DNA of 64,000 nucleotides from Xanthobacteraceae bacterium (GTDB lineage Bacteria; Pseudomonadota; Alphaproteobacteria; Rhizobiales; Xanthobacteraceae): NCBI GenBank assembly GCA_035565775.1, contig DATMRW010000028.1, positions 98,856 to 162,855 of the forward strand, read 5' to 3'. Shown piece by piece: positions 63,332 to 64,000 of this stretch (position 1 is its first letter; each line of letters starts with the position of its first letter). The notes under the pieces were generated by a model. It saw only the letters and a program-made list of their open reading frames with translations, ran no database searches and was not told where the DNA came from. The position numbers and the translations under genes were made by a program.

Positions 63332-64000
63332 ACTCGATCCGTCGAGCCTTTTGCGAACAGCCCGTTCGGCATCGCAAAGAGCACGGCAATGATCACGACG
63401 AAGGCGGCCGCATCCTTGTATTGCGAGCTGATATAGCCAGCGGTCAGCGCTTCGATGATGCCGAGCAGAATGCCGCCGACTAGCGCGCCCTTGGGGTTGC
63501 CCATGCCGCCCAGCATCGCCGCGGCAAAGCCCTTGAGCGCAAGACCGATGCCGACGTCATAGCTCACCAGCGTGATCGGCGTGACGAGAACGCCGCCGAG
63601 CGCGCCGATGGCTGCGGACAGCGCGAAGCTCAGGGTCATCACATATTTCGTATTGATGCCGACGAGCTGCGCCGCCATCCGGTTGTTGGCGGTGGCGAGC
63701 ACTGCACGCCCTAGGAGCGTGCGCGTGAAAAAAAGATAAAGCCCGACGAACACCGCCATCGCGCCGGCGATCACCCACAGGCTTTGCGGCAATATCGTCG
63801 CGCCCAGCACGGCAATCGGCGCATCGCCGGAAAACGCCGGGAAGCGATGCAACTGCTTGTCAAAGACCACCTGCGCGACACCGCGAATGAAGATCGATGC
63901 GCCAATCGTGATGATGATCAAGGAGACGACCGGCGCGCCGCGCGCAGGCTCGATCGCCAGTTTGTTCAAAAGAACTCCGACACCCGCTGTCAGGACGATC
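63328..64000 (-). CDS. livH: Branched-chain amino acid-type ABC permease (LivH-like), N-terminus outside window
   Basis: The product is polytopic and the frame stays open to the window end. Confidence 0.8.
   Translation of the reverse strand, partial: IVLTAGVGVLLNKLAIEPARGAPVVSLIIITIGASIFIRGVAQVVFDKQLHRFPAFSGDAPIAVLGATILPQSLWVIAGAMAVFVGLYLFFTRTLLGRAVLATANNRMAAQLVGINTKYVMTLSFALSAAIGALGGVLVTPITLVSYDVGIGLALKGFAAAMLGGMGNPKGALVGGILLGIIEALTAGYISSQYKDAAAFVVIIAVLFAMPNGLFAKGSTDRV

Noticed and set aside
1-64000. A search for CRISPR arrays, tRNA, tmRNA or rRNA genes and riboswitch-like leaders (for example upstream of queC and metG).
   Set aside because: I saw no regularly spaced direct repeats, no cloverleaf-compatible segments with a GTTCGAATC-type T-arm, and no recognisable riboswitch cores by eye. 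A proper scan with tRNAscan-SE or Infernal would be needed to be certain.

Overview
This is a high-GC alphaproteobacterial chromosome segment. Judged by eye from the Hfq, NtrYX and SorAB protein sequences it looks Bradyrhizobiaceae/Nitrobacteraceae-like; no database search was possible. No rRNA, tRNA or CRISPR array was found. The window has three parts. (1) Positions 1-25.2 kb are conserved backbone: ntrY(partial)-ntrX, a class IV aminotransferase, hfq-hflX, mazG, queC, two ABC-transporter operons each linked to an acyl-CoA-dehydrogenase-fold enzyme, a MalT/LuxR-type regulator, opgC-like, sorAB and a site-2 protease. (2) Positions 25.2-48.5 kb are a visibly lower-GC, mosaic accessory island. 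It carries a TIR domain fused to a CobT-type vWA domain, next to an unknown 242-aa protein with a possible HEPN RxxxxH motif. It also carries a LuxR-type two-component system with a periplasmic molybdopterin-fold protein, and a cluster of small secreted or unknown proteins. The largest gene is a giant DEAH helicase with several zinc ribbons and a C-terminal DUF1998 module (DruE/DISARM-like); an in-frame TAG interrupts its last Cys motif. An orphan vsr endonuclease converges on that helicase. Two direct copies of a roughly 165-bp hairpin-containing repeat bracket 12.9 kb of the island. One complete IS3-family element is present, along with many gene remnants (fetB, AMP nucleosidase, T5orf172, an IS transposase end, MFS, EAL, dinB). 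(3) Positions 48.5-64 kb are backbone again: acyl-CoA synthetase, MBL hydrolase, tatD, metG, holB, tmk, a DD-carboxypeptidase, DUF3606, DUF1328, TRAP dctPQM and a second liv-type ABC operon that runs off the window. The most interesting candidates are the TIR-vWA fusion and the solo DruE-like helicase with vsr. All functional calls rest on motif recognition by eye and need HMM or structure searches to confirm.
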